64,000 nucleotides of DNA from Eledone cirrhosa. Lineage: Eukaryota. The stretch is from contig OZ024746.1 in assembly GCA_964016885.1 (NCBI GenBank), positions 81,220,001 to 81,284,000 of the forward strand, written 5' to 3'. The notes beneath the pieces are model-generated. The model worked only from the letters and a program-made list of their open reading frames with translations. It was not told the DNA's origin and made no database searches. The position numbers and the translations under genes are program-made. This document shows, piece after piece, positions 1 through 11,143 of the stretch (position 1 is its first letter; each line of letters opens with the position of its first letter).

Positions 1-241
1 GCCGAGGATTCCATAACACAACGAGGACACGTAATGTAATCCTCAGGGAGATTCGGCGTGACAGTGAGTGACAAGACTTGTCCTTTGAATTATAAGTACA
101 ACTCATTTATTACAGTTGAATAGACTGGAGCAAAATAAAACAAAGTGCCTTGCTTAAGGTCACAACTCACCGCCAGGAATCGAAAGTACAATCTTATGAT
201 CGTGAGCTGAACACCCTAATCATTAAGTAATGCGACTTCAG
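1..241 (-). mobile_element. tRNA-derived SINE type B (CORE-like central domain), degenerate
   Basis: Reverse complement gives a tRNA-like head (B-box-like TTCGATTCC) followed by TGTGACCTTAAGCAAGGCACTT...GCTCCAGTC, similar to copies at 5827, 32122 and 45557. Confidence 0.6.
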
Positions 242-1130
242 TGTCTTTATACATAGTCAACAAAAAGAAAATAATAATTTTGGGATGAGTTTCCGGTAGA
301 GACACTGTCCATACATCGTTGAATGAAACACCTAAACATTAAGTTGTCCTTTAAAATATAGGGTTTAGTGCCTTTTAAAAATAAACTGTTTACCCGCTGC
401 ACGAGTGTTTATAGTTTAATCATTAAGGTATGGGCAATGCCTAGCCTCTAATACTGGTGTGAGGGAAATCTGACCCGAATGTTTGCAAGAGAGTGGAGTC
501 CACTAAAGTCAACCAGGGATCGGATGGTGTTAAACCGGGCGACGAATTAAGTCTGCCACTGTGAGATTTGAGCTTAATACAACAAAACAACTCATCCGAT
601 GCTCTAACAATCTCGCCAATCACTGCATCTCACAATGGTGCATCTCACAATGATGAAAAAAAAAAAAGTTGACCGCCAAGGAATTTAAACTCAGAGCGCA
701 GAACCGAAAAAAAGCGCCGCAAGACATTTTGTCAGTAGCTCTGATGGCACTGCCCATGCGCTATCTGTTGTAAATGGAGTTAGAAATCAAATTCTTTGCA
801 TATAATCCGTATAAATGTTCTTAAGGCTATTGAAAAACCAACAACTCTGATCGTCATGAAATACATAGCTTTAATTTTCGCATTTAATGTTGTGATGAGA
901 AAACATGGTTGATGATCATTGAACACAATACGTGTAATTAATTATATTTCGATTTAATTATTTTATTGAAATCCTTGTTAAATAATGCTTTAAATTATCT
1001 TCAGAATATATAGTTCAGTCATAGTAAATATACATACTTTGCTTAATGCTACATATAACTGTTGGCTTATGATTGCAGTCTCAACCTAGTTGTTAGCAGG
1101 AAAGTAGAGATAAAGCAAGTGTGTAAACTT

Positions 1131-1277
1131 GGTTCAAATCCCACTGAGGTTAGCTTTGCCTTTCATCCTTACGGGGTCGATAAAATAAAGTACCAGCCAC
1201 ACACTGGAGTCGATTTAATCGGCTTTCCCTTCCCCCAAAATTGGTGGCCTTGTGCCTAAATCAAAAACCATTATTAC
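1131..1277 (+). mobile_element. tRNA-derived SINE type A, 5'-truncated
   Basis: GTTCAAATCC B box, conserved core GCCTTTCATCCTTACGGGGTCGATAAAATAAAGTACCAG (resembles the Meta/MESC SINE domain) and a short (ATT)n tail. Confidence 0.85.
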
Positions 1278-1745
1278 CATATATATTTATGTATATACGC
1301 ATACATATTCATACAGTAATACATATATATATACATACATACACACATACACACATATGTATATATCTATCTATATCTATATCTATATCTATATCTATAT
1401 ATATCTCTCTCTCTCTATATATATATAAAGGGATATATTTATATAAATACACAATTATTTGATATGTATATGTGCCAATGTATACATGATTGTGTGTCGG
1501 TGTGTATGTAAATGGGTATTTGTGCATTTGAGTGTTTATACGTGTGCCTTGAGGTATCGAGTTACCCAAACAAGCTAAGGTGTGTATGCGCGTGCGTCAT
1601 GTAAAGATTGTTTTTCTCTCTGCGAGAATTTACGATGAAAAACAACTTAAATAAAATAAAGAACATTCTCTCTAAAGTAAACGAAAAATGTAAAACGTAG
1701 AAAAAGCAAAGATCACAGGCACGCGGACGAACACATTTACATTAA

Positions 1746-1760
1746 TTATATATATATTAC

Positions 1761-1857
<97 letters not shown>

Positions 1858-1894
1858 TATATGTATATATGTATATATATATATATACATATAC

Positions 1895-1939
<45 letters not shown>

Positions 1940-1940
1940 C

Positions 1941-1980
<40 letters not shown>

Positions 1981-1984
1981 ACAT

Positions 1985-2056
<72 letters not shown>
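1746..2056. repeat. (TA)n/(CA)n compound microsatellite
   Basis: Seen directly. Confidence 0.95.
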
Positions 2057-2057
<1 letters not shown>

Positions 2058-2439
2058 GAGTCATTATTAATGACTGAAGCCAGTAAAAGTTTATAAGAAT
2101 ATGAAAAAAAACAACAATAACAACATAAAACATATAATGGTAAAAGAGATTTGCAGACAAAGATTTAAAAAAAAAAAAAAATGCAGTGGAAATTTTGAAA
2201 TGAAATCCTATAGGGAGAAACCTTGGGGATTGCATCACAGAGAAGGAATGAAATAAGGAATTGTACCCCAAAGACTGTTTTGACATTTCACACCCAAATA
2301 CTTACTGCAACAGCAGCAACGGCAGCAGCAGTAGCACTAATGACAACAGCAATAACCAACTTATTTTGATATTTTTGTCCACAAGTGGGATGGTGTCACA
2401 ATAACTATAATAACAACAACATCAGTTTCAGCAGCAACA

Positions 2440-2606
2440 ATAATGGTTTCTTATATAGGCACAAGGCCAGCAATTTTGAGGGAGGGGGAAAGTCAGTCGA
2501 GTAAATCGACTCCAGTGCGTGACTGGTACACTATTTTATCGACCCCCGTAAGGATGAAAGGCAAAGTTAACCTCGGCGGGATTTGAACTCAGATTATAAA
2601 GGGCCG
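2440..2606 (-). mobile_element. SINE type A
   Basis: Reverse complement of the type A core and B box. Confidence 0.85.
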
Positions 2607-3290
2607 TAACAGCAACAACAATAATAACAACAGCAACAATAATAACAACAGCAACAACAACAACAACAACAACAACAACAAGAGCAACAACAACAACAAG
2701 AACAGCAACAACGACAACAACACAAAAAAAACAACAACAGCAACAACAACAGCAGTAACAACTACAACAGTAAAAACATTAACAGCAACGACAGCAACAA
2801 CAAAAGCAACAACAGCAACAACAAAAGCAACAACAGCAATAACTACAACAGCAACAACAATAACAACAACAACAACAACAACAGCAACAGCAACAGCAAC
2901 AACAACAACAGCAACAAAATCAACGACAGCAACAACAACAGCAATAACAACAGCAACAACTACAACAGCAAAAACACCAACAACAGCAACATCTACAACA
3001 ACAACAACAAAGGCAACAATCACAACAACAGCAACAACAAAGGCACCAACAACAACAACAACTACAACAACAAAGGCACCAACAACAACAACCACAACAA
3101 CAACAACAACAACAAAGGCACCAACAAGAACAACCACAACAAAGGCACCAACAACAACAACCACAACAACAACAACAACAAAGGCACCAACAAGAACAAC
3201 CACAACAAAGGCATCAACAACAACAACAGTAAAAGCGACAAATACAGTAACATCTACAACAACAACAACAACAACAACAACAACATCAGC
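2607..3290. repeat. (CAA/CAG)n degenerate trinucleotide tract
   Basis: Seen directly; source of the spurious poly-Val/Leu ORFs. Confidence 0.9.
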
Positions 3291-3388
3291 AGTGATGGTG
3301 ATGGCGATGGTGATGATTCCTGTATTTGCCAGGCGAAACGCTAAATGAAACATCTTAAGAAAAACCAACATCGGTAAACAGCAGCACG

Positions 3389-3479
3389 TTAGGCACAAGG
3401 CCAGCAATTACCCCAGTGTATTACTGGTACTTTATTTTATCGACCCCCGTAAGGATGACAGGCAAAGTTAACCTCGGCG
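3389..3479 (-). mobile_element. SINE type A fragment (3' half)
   Basis: Core domain on the minus strand. Confidence 0.8.
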
Positions 3480-3599
3480 TTAATAATGATGTTGGTTATA
3501 TTAATGATGATAATGATGATGATGATTAAATGAAGGAAGAGGTGCAGGTGTGTGTGTGTGGGGGGGGGTGCTAGTGATGATAATAAGGATGTAGAATAT

Positions 3600-3738
3600 G
3601 ATGTTCATGTGGATGACGAGGATGATTGTGATGGTGGCGGCGGTGGTGGTGGTGTTGATGTTGTTGATGATGATGGTGGCGGCGGTGGTGGTGGTGTTGA
3701 TGTTGTTGATGATGATGGTGGTGGTGGTGGTGGTGGTG

Positions 3739-3782
<44 letters not shown>

Positions 3783-4365
3783 GGTGGTGGTGGTGGTGGT
3801 GGTGTTGATGATGATGATGATGATGGTAGTGCTGTTGATGTTGATGTTGATGATGATGATGATGATGATGTTGTTGATGATGGTGGTGGTGGTGGTGGTG
3901 GTGTTGATGTTGATGATGATGATGATGATGTTGTTGATGATGGTGGTGGTGGTGGTGTTGATGATGATGATGATGATGATGATGTTGATGATGATGTTGA
4001 TGGTGGTAGTGGTGGTGGTGGTGGTGAGGATGGTTATGATGTTGATGATGATGATGATGATGTTGATGGTGGTAGTGGTGGTGGTGGTGGTGAGGATGGT
4101 TATGATGTTGATGATGATGGTGATGACGATGGTGGAGGTGGTGATGAGGATAATGATGGTGGTGATAATGGTGATGATGATGATGATGATGTCGCTGACG
4201 ATGGTGGTGATGATGGTGGTGGTGGTGATGGTGGTGGTGATGGTGGTGGTGGTGATGGTGGTGGTGGTGGTGATGGTGGTGGTGGTGGTGATGGTGGTGG
4301 TGGTGGTGGTGGTGGTGGTGGTGGTGGTGGTGGTGGTGGTGGTGGTGATGACGATAATGACGAAG
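3600..4365. repeat. (GAT)n/(GGT)n compound trinucleotide tract
   Basis: Seen directly; gives poly-D/G, poly-M/V and poly-T/I ORFs in several frames. Confidence 0.9.
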
Positions 4366-5051
4366 AAGAGTGGAAAAGTTTCTTGTGGAAATATTACGTC
4401 AAGTTTATAGTGAACGGGATAAAGAGGGAATGTTTGCATAATAACAATCCTTTGTTACATTAGAATAAGGGGGTTATTATATAGAATACAAATATATAAT
4501 ACATGCCTGCGCATCATTAGCCATGGCTTACTGAGCTGTCAACGAAGAGGCTGTAAGAGCAACAGATGAACAACTTGATAAGAGAAACAAATATTTTCCA
4601 TATTAAACTTAAACAAAGTAGTAGATCCTCCTCTAATGTGGCCAAACTAAAAATGGGGCAATGACACGAGGGTCAGGGGCTTATTTGTGACAGGGGTGGT
4701 GTATACATTCACTACCTCTGTCTAAGGAGCAAACCTTTCAGTGATAGTTTACTCTCAGCCCATTTCTGGATGAGATTAGCTATCCTGCATGTAGCTGTAA
4801 CCCAGTTCGCCTATCCAAGTGGATGTCCGGGGTGAAGCAAACCCTAAGCAGCTTAACCCGCACATCAGTCCAGAGCAATGCTACGTATAACCCTTACAAA
4901 TGGCATAAAGTTGCCTCTCCAGGTTCCGAGCTTCAAGCACACCGACTTCTCCAGGTTAATTTTGTCCCTGTTGCCTTCTCGCATTCCCTTAATATGGTAA
5001 TATGGTATCATTGTCCTCCTCCATTAACATGGAGTCCGATCCCAGGTTACA

Positions 5052-5334
5052 TTTTTCCCACGCTCAGAGATGCTGAAGCATGGAATAAACTACCTGCATC
5101 AGTTGTTAGCTGTCGGGACTGCATCCTTCAAAACTTCCATGCCTCCCGGAATTCGCCAGCACTACACCTGATATCCCCCCTCCATAAACACACACGCATG
5201 TATATGTATGTGTATCATGATTCATATACTCTTCTTGACATTTGTACATTATTCTATGTACTATACATGTACCTTTGATGAGTTGTAATGCACCTGAGCA
5301 CTGTACACAATAATTTGTTATTATTATTATTATA
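5052..5334 (+). mobile_element. CR1/L2-like LINE 3' end
   Basis: Translates ..AEAWNKLPASVVSC.. (WN-x-LP motif typical of the C-terminus of CR1/L2-group ORF2), then a 3' UTR and a (TTA)n tail. Confidence 0.55.
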
Positions 5335-5335
5335 A

Positions 5336-5555
5336 GGCGGTGGATTGGCAGTATCGGTAGAGAGTCGGACACCATGCTTTGCAGCATAGTTACGTCCCTT
5401 TACGGACTGAGTTCAAATCCCACCGAGGTTAACTTTGCCTTTCATCCTTACGGAGTCGATAAAATAAAGTACCAGTCACGCACTGGGGTCGATTTAATCG
5501 ACTTTCCCCTCCCCCAAAATTGCTCGCTTTGTGTCTATATAAAAAACAATTATTA
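5336..5555 (+). mobile_element. SINE type A, full length
   Basis: A box TGGCAGTATCGG, B box GTTCAAATCC, core domain and tail. Confidence 0.9.
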
Positions 5556-5826
5556 TAAAAGAGTACTTTAGGCGAATCAGATCAATATTTACGATAATAG
5601 GTATAAATACATAATCATCCCAATCATCCCAGTTATAATCTATAGATACCTTCAAAACAATAACCTAAAACTTAAGTGAATTGAAAAGGTTCGATAGAAA
5701 AACTCACAAGTTGCCAAGCGTCCCACGCCAAAGCTGATATAGATACGTTGAACTCGGAAAATACTTAGAATCGAGCAAAAGGAAACTAAATCCCCCCCCC
5801 CTCTCTCTCTCTCTTTCTCTTTCTCT

Positions 5827-6115
5827 CTAGTGGTTAGAGATTTGGATTCATAAATGTGAGGTTGTGAGTTCGATTCCAGGGATGAGTGATGCGTTGTGTC
5901 CTTGAAAGGAAGGCAACTTATTTTATGTTACTGCAGTTCACTCAGCTGTAGAAATGAGTTGCGACGTCACTGGCGCCAAGCGTTTGCCTTTCTCTTGGAC
6001 GACTGAGTGGCGTGGAGAGGGGTGTGGCGAGGGGAGACTGGTATGCATATAAAAAACACCTTGCTAAGGGTTGTACATCGGAGGGGAACTTTCTAGGTGC
6101 AAATCCCATGGTCTT
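5827..6115 (+). mobile_element. SINE type B (CORE-like)
   Basis: TAGTGGTTAG...GTTCGATTCC head, GTGTCCTTG..CACTCAGCTGTAGAAATGAGT; the 3' part recurs inverted at ~55885-56060. Confidence 0.7.
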
Positions 6116-6173
6116 AATATATATGTACATATACATACATACATGCGTATGTATATATATATATAAATATTAT

Positions 6174-6783
6174 GTCAGGTCACCAGTTGGTGCTACTGGT
6201 AACATGTATCCCAGTACAACCTGTCTCATGGTCGGGTCGTTGGCGACTAAACTGGCAACCCCACCAAGGTTTCTTGGTGAGGAGGGTGACTTTGGACATC
6301 CTGCAGGACTAAAAACAAAACCTGTCAAAGGGCAAGGGAGCTCTTAAGACTCAATAGCCATCCAAAATCACCGGGAGAGATGACCCCTTAGCCTTTGTCA
6401 AGGCAGAATTCTAGGAGAAGGAAAACTCTGATATAACACCTGCAACCCTGATGGTATCCAATGATGTTGACTTGTTCTTCTTTTTGGTAAATATCATCTT
6501 GGTTAAGAGAGTGGGACTGGCTTTGTGCAGTGCCTTTGCTCACTATAAAAGCTTCACAGCACAGGCATTGCTTTATATCTGGAGATCTCTCTGCACTTGT
6601 CATCACATGGTACCATGGGCCCTGCACTATGTGTCAATAATGGTCACAAGTGTAGTCTTTGTGCCAGAGTTTTCAAGTCGCTGGCTGGACTAAAAAGTCA
6701 CATTCGTTCAGCGCATCGGTAGGGGCTCTCCTACATGGATATAAAGTAGTGGCCGTACTCGAAAACGAGTTGGCAGCCACCAT
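6174..6783 (+). mobile_element. Non-autonomous RTE-derived element (internal deletion derivative), copy 1
   Basis: Highly similar copy at 28597-29206; ends with C2H2 finger HKCSLCARVFKSLAGLKSHIRSAHR* (6645-6722) and an RTE-type 3' hairpin CTCGAAAACGAG; no RT coding sequence. Confidence 0.75.
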
Positions 6784-6789
6784 ATATAA

Positions 6790-6844
<55 letters not shown>

Positions 6845-6989
6845 CGTACACACACGCATACATACATGTGTGCTCACATACACATATATAGGAAACAATA
6901 ACGTACAAACTAGGAATAACAAAGAGTGAAAGAGAGAGATTTCATCTACGAGCCACACAGTGTCGGGACTTTCATACACTGAAAGTTAT

Positions 6990-7265
6990 GAAATACCAAC
7001 ACAAAAGAGGTGGTATAAACATGCTCTAGGAAAGCTCTGAGAGAATGATAAAATAACCACACTCTTAGATAAGTCCACACAGAAACACTGGGAATTCAAG
7101 ATTAATTGGACAAATATTTTTGTCAAGGTCTACTAAGAAAGGAAGTGACTTTTAATCTAAATTTCAGTCTTAATAAACGATAATGTATCTCTAAATGTAG
7201 TTGGAAAATTATCTAAATATAAAGATCTGGAAATAGAGATCACCAAAATATGGAAACTGAAACAT
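6990..7265 (+). pseudogene. Very degenerate RLE endonuclease fragment of an R4-like retrotransposon
   Basis: Translates ..NDNVSLNVVGKLSKYKDLEIEITKIWKLK, resembling the KxxKY motif region of RLE domains; stops and frameshifts upstream. Confidence 0.6.
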
Positions 7266-7271
7266 CTCTAT

Positions 7272-7720
7272 CATAATTGTTTCAATTTAGGTGCAAAGCC
7301 AGCAATTTTGGGAGGTGATCGGTTAAATCGATCCCAGCACTGGACAAGTATTTAATTTTATCGACCCCAGAAGGATGAAAGGTAATGTTGACCTTGTCGG
7401 GATCTGAACTCAGAATGTAAAGAGCCGTAAATAAATGACGCAAAAGGGCCTTGTCCAACGCTCTACTAATTCTTCTAAACCACCACCCTAATAATGATTT
7501 CATGCACAAGGCTAACAATTTTTTTTTGTGGAGGGGGGGGGGGGGGCGATTAAATTGATCTCAGTGCATTACTGGTACTTTATTTTATCGACTCCGTAAG
7601 GATGAAAAGCAAAGTTATAACTTCGGCGGGATTTGAACTCAGAACGTAGAGCGACAAAACTATATACCGGAAAGCATGTTTGTCCGACGCTCTACTGATA
7701 CTGCCAATCCACCACCCTAA
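7272..7720 (-). mobile_element. Two tandem SINE type A copies
   Basis: Two successive reverse-complement cores with B boxes. Confidence 0.8.
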
Positions 7721-7929
7721 TAACAGTAATAATAATAAAATATTTTGATAATAATAATATTAATAACAACAACAACATCAATGGCAATAACAGCAATAAG
7801 AAGGGCACAAGAAGTAAAATGAGAAAAAACACCCGCTTCATTTTAGAGAAGATGAAACTTTAAACGACGTGAAATACGGGCGGGTCGGATAGGAGGAGTT
7901 TGATGTGGCCTGGCACGTGTTGGTCCTTG

Positions 7930-8802
7930 ATTGTGGTGGTGTTAGTGTTAGTAGTGGGTGGTGATAGAAGAAGATGTGGGTAGTGACGGCTTGGAGAGAG
8001 ATGGTGGTTGGTTGGGTGTCGTGTTTGTCTTGGCTGTGGTGGTGGTGATGGTGGTGGTGGTCGTCGTGTTAGTGGTAGGTGGTGGTAGAGGAAGATGTGA
8101 ATAGTGGCGGCTGGGAGAGAGATGGTTGGGTGTGGTGGTTGTTGTTGTTGTTGTGGTGGTGGTGGTGATGGTGTCGTAGTGGGTGGTGGTAGAGGAAGAT
8201 GTGAATAGTGGCGGCTGGGAGAGAGATGGTTGGGTGTGGTGGTTGTTGTTGTTGTTGTTGTGGTGGTGGTGGTAGTGGTGGTGGTGGTGGTGATGGTATT
8301 AGTAATGGGTGGTGGTAGAGAGAGATGTGGGTAGTGGTGGCTAGGAGAGAGATGGTGGTGGATGGGTGTGGTTGTTGTTGTTGTTGTTGTGGTGGTGGTG
8401 GTGGATGGTGGGTGATGGTAGAGGAAGATGTGGGTTATGACGGCTTGGAGAGCGATGATGGTGGTTGGGTGTCGTATTGGTCTTGGTTGTGGTGGTGGTG
8501 GTGGTGGTGTTAGTGGTAGATGGTGGTAGAGGAAGATGTGGGTAGTGGCGACTGGGAGAGAGGTGGTGGCTGGTTGGATGTGGTGGTGGTGGTGGTGGTG
8601 GTGGTGTGAGTGGTGGGTAATGGCGGCTTGGAGAGAGGTGGTGGCTGGTTGGGTATAGTGCAGGTTGTTGTCGTGTTGTTGTTTGTGGTGTGGTGGTGTT
8701 GTTGTTGTTTTTGTTGTTGGTGGTGGTGTTGTTGTTGTTGTTGTTATTGGTGGTGGTGGTGGTGGTGGTGGTGGTGGTGGTGGTGGTGGTGGTGGTGGTG
8801 GT
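7930..8802. repeat. (GGT/GTT)n tract with a repeated ~50 bp motif (GGTAGAGGAAGATGTG..GGCTGGGAGAGAGATGG)
   Basis: The motif recurs about six times between trinucleotide runs. Confidence 0.8.
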
Positions 8803-9207
8803 TTGAAGAAGAGAGTTGGACGAAGCAAAATAGAAATAGAAAGATGGTAGAGGAATGAAGGTGAGAGATGGGGTGTGTAGAAGCATAGGTCTGTGGGTTT
8901 CTTTGGTTGTAGAAAGTGTGAGACAAAGAGATGGGAAGGGAAAGAGAGATAGAGAGAAAGAGAGAGGGAGAAAGGGAAAGAGAAAGAGAGAGAGTTGAGG
9001 CAGCTTAATTTAGGTTTATACAATATAATTATCAGGATGTTTTCACTTGGAGCACATTCGATGTTGTGATGTTCATGCTTATCCAAGGCTGTGAGCGATG
9101 GAAATGTAGTGAACTGGCACTGGCTGAGAATCGAAAACGTGTTCACTGTCTTCACACACCAGAAGTTTACCTCTTGAGCAATATACGCACGTGAAACACA
9201 CACAGGC

Positions 9208-9249
<42 letters not shown>

Positions 9250-9250
<1 letters not shown>

Positions 9251-9503
9251 TTATATTCATGGAAATTTGGGACTTGACTGCTTCTTCCTCACTTTTCGTT
9301 GCTTCACCATCTTTGTTTGTTTACACTCTCGTGTCCCCTTTATTTACGTGTCCCAACGACTTTTTTTAGCCGTTGCTCGCACCAACCGGAGGTATATGGT
9401 CTTTAAAGCGATGAAATACCAATGATAGTTGGAAGATCACTGATGAAGGACTAACTTTATTCATATGTAACCCATTAGCAACCACGCAGCACGTTTATTC
9501 TCA

Positions 9504-9506
<3 letters not shown>
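9250..9506 (+). mobile_element. (TA)n-embedded module E1
   Basis: Flanked by (TA)n on both sides; homologous copies at 19335-19550, 23651-23902, 43975-44310 and 54020-54150. Confidence 0.75.
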
Positions 9507-9560
<54 letters not shown>

Positions 9561-9568
<8 letters not shown>

Positions 9569-9921
9569 CTTTCACCGTATTTTTGACTAAAGGAATTTTA
9601 GCCTGATAATGGGGTTTAGAACCCTCAGATAAATGGAAAAAGATGAGTATTGACGTACATGGGAGTCGAACCCACATCTTTGGTTATCACGACCACTGTA
9701 CTACCATTACACCAACACATCACCCATGGGTGATGTGTTGGTGTAATTTTACCCCACAGATAAATGGAAAAAGATGAGTAGCACAGTGGTCGCGATAACC
9801 AAAGATGTGGGTTCGACTCCCATGTACGTCAATACTCATCTTTTTCCATTTATCTGAGGGTTCTAAACCCCATTATCAGGCTAAAATTCCTTTAGTCAAA
9901 AATACGGTGAAAGCTATATAT
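9561..9921. repeat. Fold-back palindrome with ~140 bp arms containing a tRNA-like unit
   Basis: 9561-9703 is the reverse complement of 9779-9921 with two mismatches; inner perfect 42-bp palindrome at 9706-9747. Confidence 0.9.
9651..9721 (-). pseudogene. tRNA-like Pol III unit (pseudo-tRNA)
   Basis: GATGTGT-TG-GTGTAATGGTAGTAC-A-GTGGTCGTGATAACCAAAGAT-GTGGGTTCGACTCCCAT-GTACGTC-A folds as a cloverleaf with several G-U pairs; A and B boxes present; T5 about 10 nt downstream; anticodon loop non-canonical. Confidence 0.6.
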
Positions 9922-10419
9922 TTTCTAATTTCAAACCTGCTCACTGTTTCAAAACATACTTACTTGCCATATATATATATACAGAGAGAGGGGGAGGGGA
10001 AGAGTGGTGGTGGGAGAGCGATGTTCTGTGTGTGTGTAACGGGGGGGGGGGGGGGGTAGAAAGTAACTATTAGCAGAGAAAGTGAAAGAGAGACGCTGTA
10101 TGTTTTTTCTGCGTGCATGTATGTGTGCGTCAGTCAAGATCTGTGTGTCTGTGTGTGTGGCGTCCCACAAAAATCTACAATCGGCTTAAACTATAGATCA
10201 AAGTATCAGTTGAAGGTTTAACAATACTGCGTCAGCTTTTATAATGTCGTTTGTGTGAAACAAGATGGTGCAAGACAGAACAAAGGAGAGATATAAAACA
10301 AAAACCCAGGCACGACGAAAGAGCTTTAACAATATATAAACAACCACCCGGTCACCGAAACAACCAACCAACCGTAAACCTATAGTAAATTGAAGCAAAA
10401 ACCAACAGGTGTATTGGCA

Positions 10420-10855
10420 TAGAGAGGAATTTGACGAGAGTTACGTGAAGTAGATATAGAGAGGGGGGAGTTTGGCGTCAATTAATATAGAGAGGGGGGA
10501 TGAAAGTGAGTTCCATGTAGTAGATATAGAGAGGGGGAGAGTTTGGGATTAATTGATATAGAGAGGGGTATTGGAAGAGAGTTCCGTGTATTAGATATAG
10601 AGCGGAGGAGAGTTTGGTGTTAATTGATATAGAGAGGGGGATTGGGTGAGAGTTCCGCGTAGTAGATATAGAGAGGGGGAGAGTTTGGTGCTAATTGATA
10701 TAGAGAGGGATATTGGAAGAGAGTTCCGAGTAGTAGATATAGAGAGGGGAGAATTTGGTATTTATTGATATAGAGACTGGGATTGGAAGTGAGTTCCGTA
10801 CAGGGATTGGGTGAGTTTGGTGTTAATTGAGATAGAGAGGGCTATTGGAAGAGAT
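10420..10855 (-). repeat. Degenerate array of the ~71-bp repeat
   Basis: Reverse complement of the unit at 14770-15760. Confidence 0.8.
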
Positions 10856-11085
10856 AAGTGTAGATAAGTGGTTATCATTTAATTGTAGATAAGTGGTTAT
10901 CATTATCTGATTAATCAAGCCCCTTATCGGACCTTGTCAGCCATTACTATATCATCCTTTTTTTATCAGGCATTATGTATCTAATGCTATTATGTATCTA
11001 ATGTATCCAATGTAGCCTTAAGTATCATCATTTTAAAGTTTACACAGGTAGTCGACATAATCACTTGTTGCGACTCACCCCTCTC

Positions 11086-11143
<58 letters not shown>

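Noticed and set aside
441-623. 60-aa minus-strand ORF as a terminal exon
   Set aside because: Only a weak acceptor and no recognisable homology
1241-2286. [12 protein letters not shown] ORFs here and throughout the window
   Set aside because: Translations of (TA)n, (CA)n and (CATA)n microsatellites, which lack stop codons
3501-4463. Poly-Asp/Gly acidic protein ORF
   Set aside because: Trinucleotide tract open in several frames on both strands; no splice or domain evidence
4660-5050. Possible LINE 5' UTR on the minus strand
   Set aside because: Impression only; no second copy or coding motif in the window
5336-5420. SINE heads as functional tRNA genes
   Set aside because: A and B boxes are present but there is no proper cloverleaf, and they are always fused to the SINE core and tail
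9395-9460. CTGATGA and GAAA in module E1 as a permuted hammerhead
   Set aside because: Stems I-III cannot be built and the core is not conserved among E1 copies (CAGATGA and TTGATGA variants)
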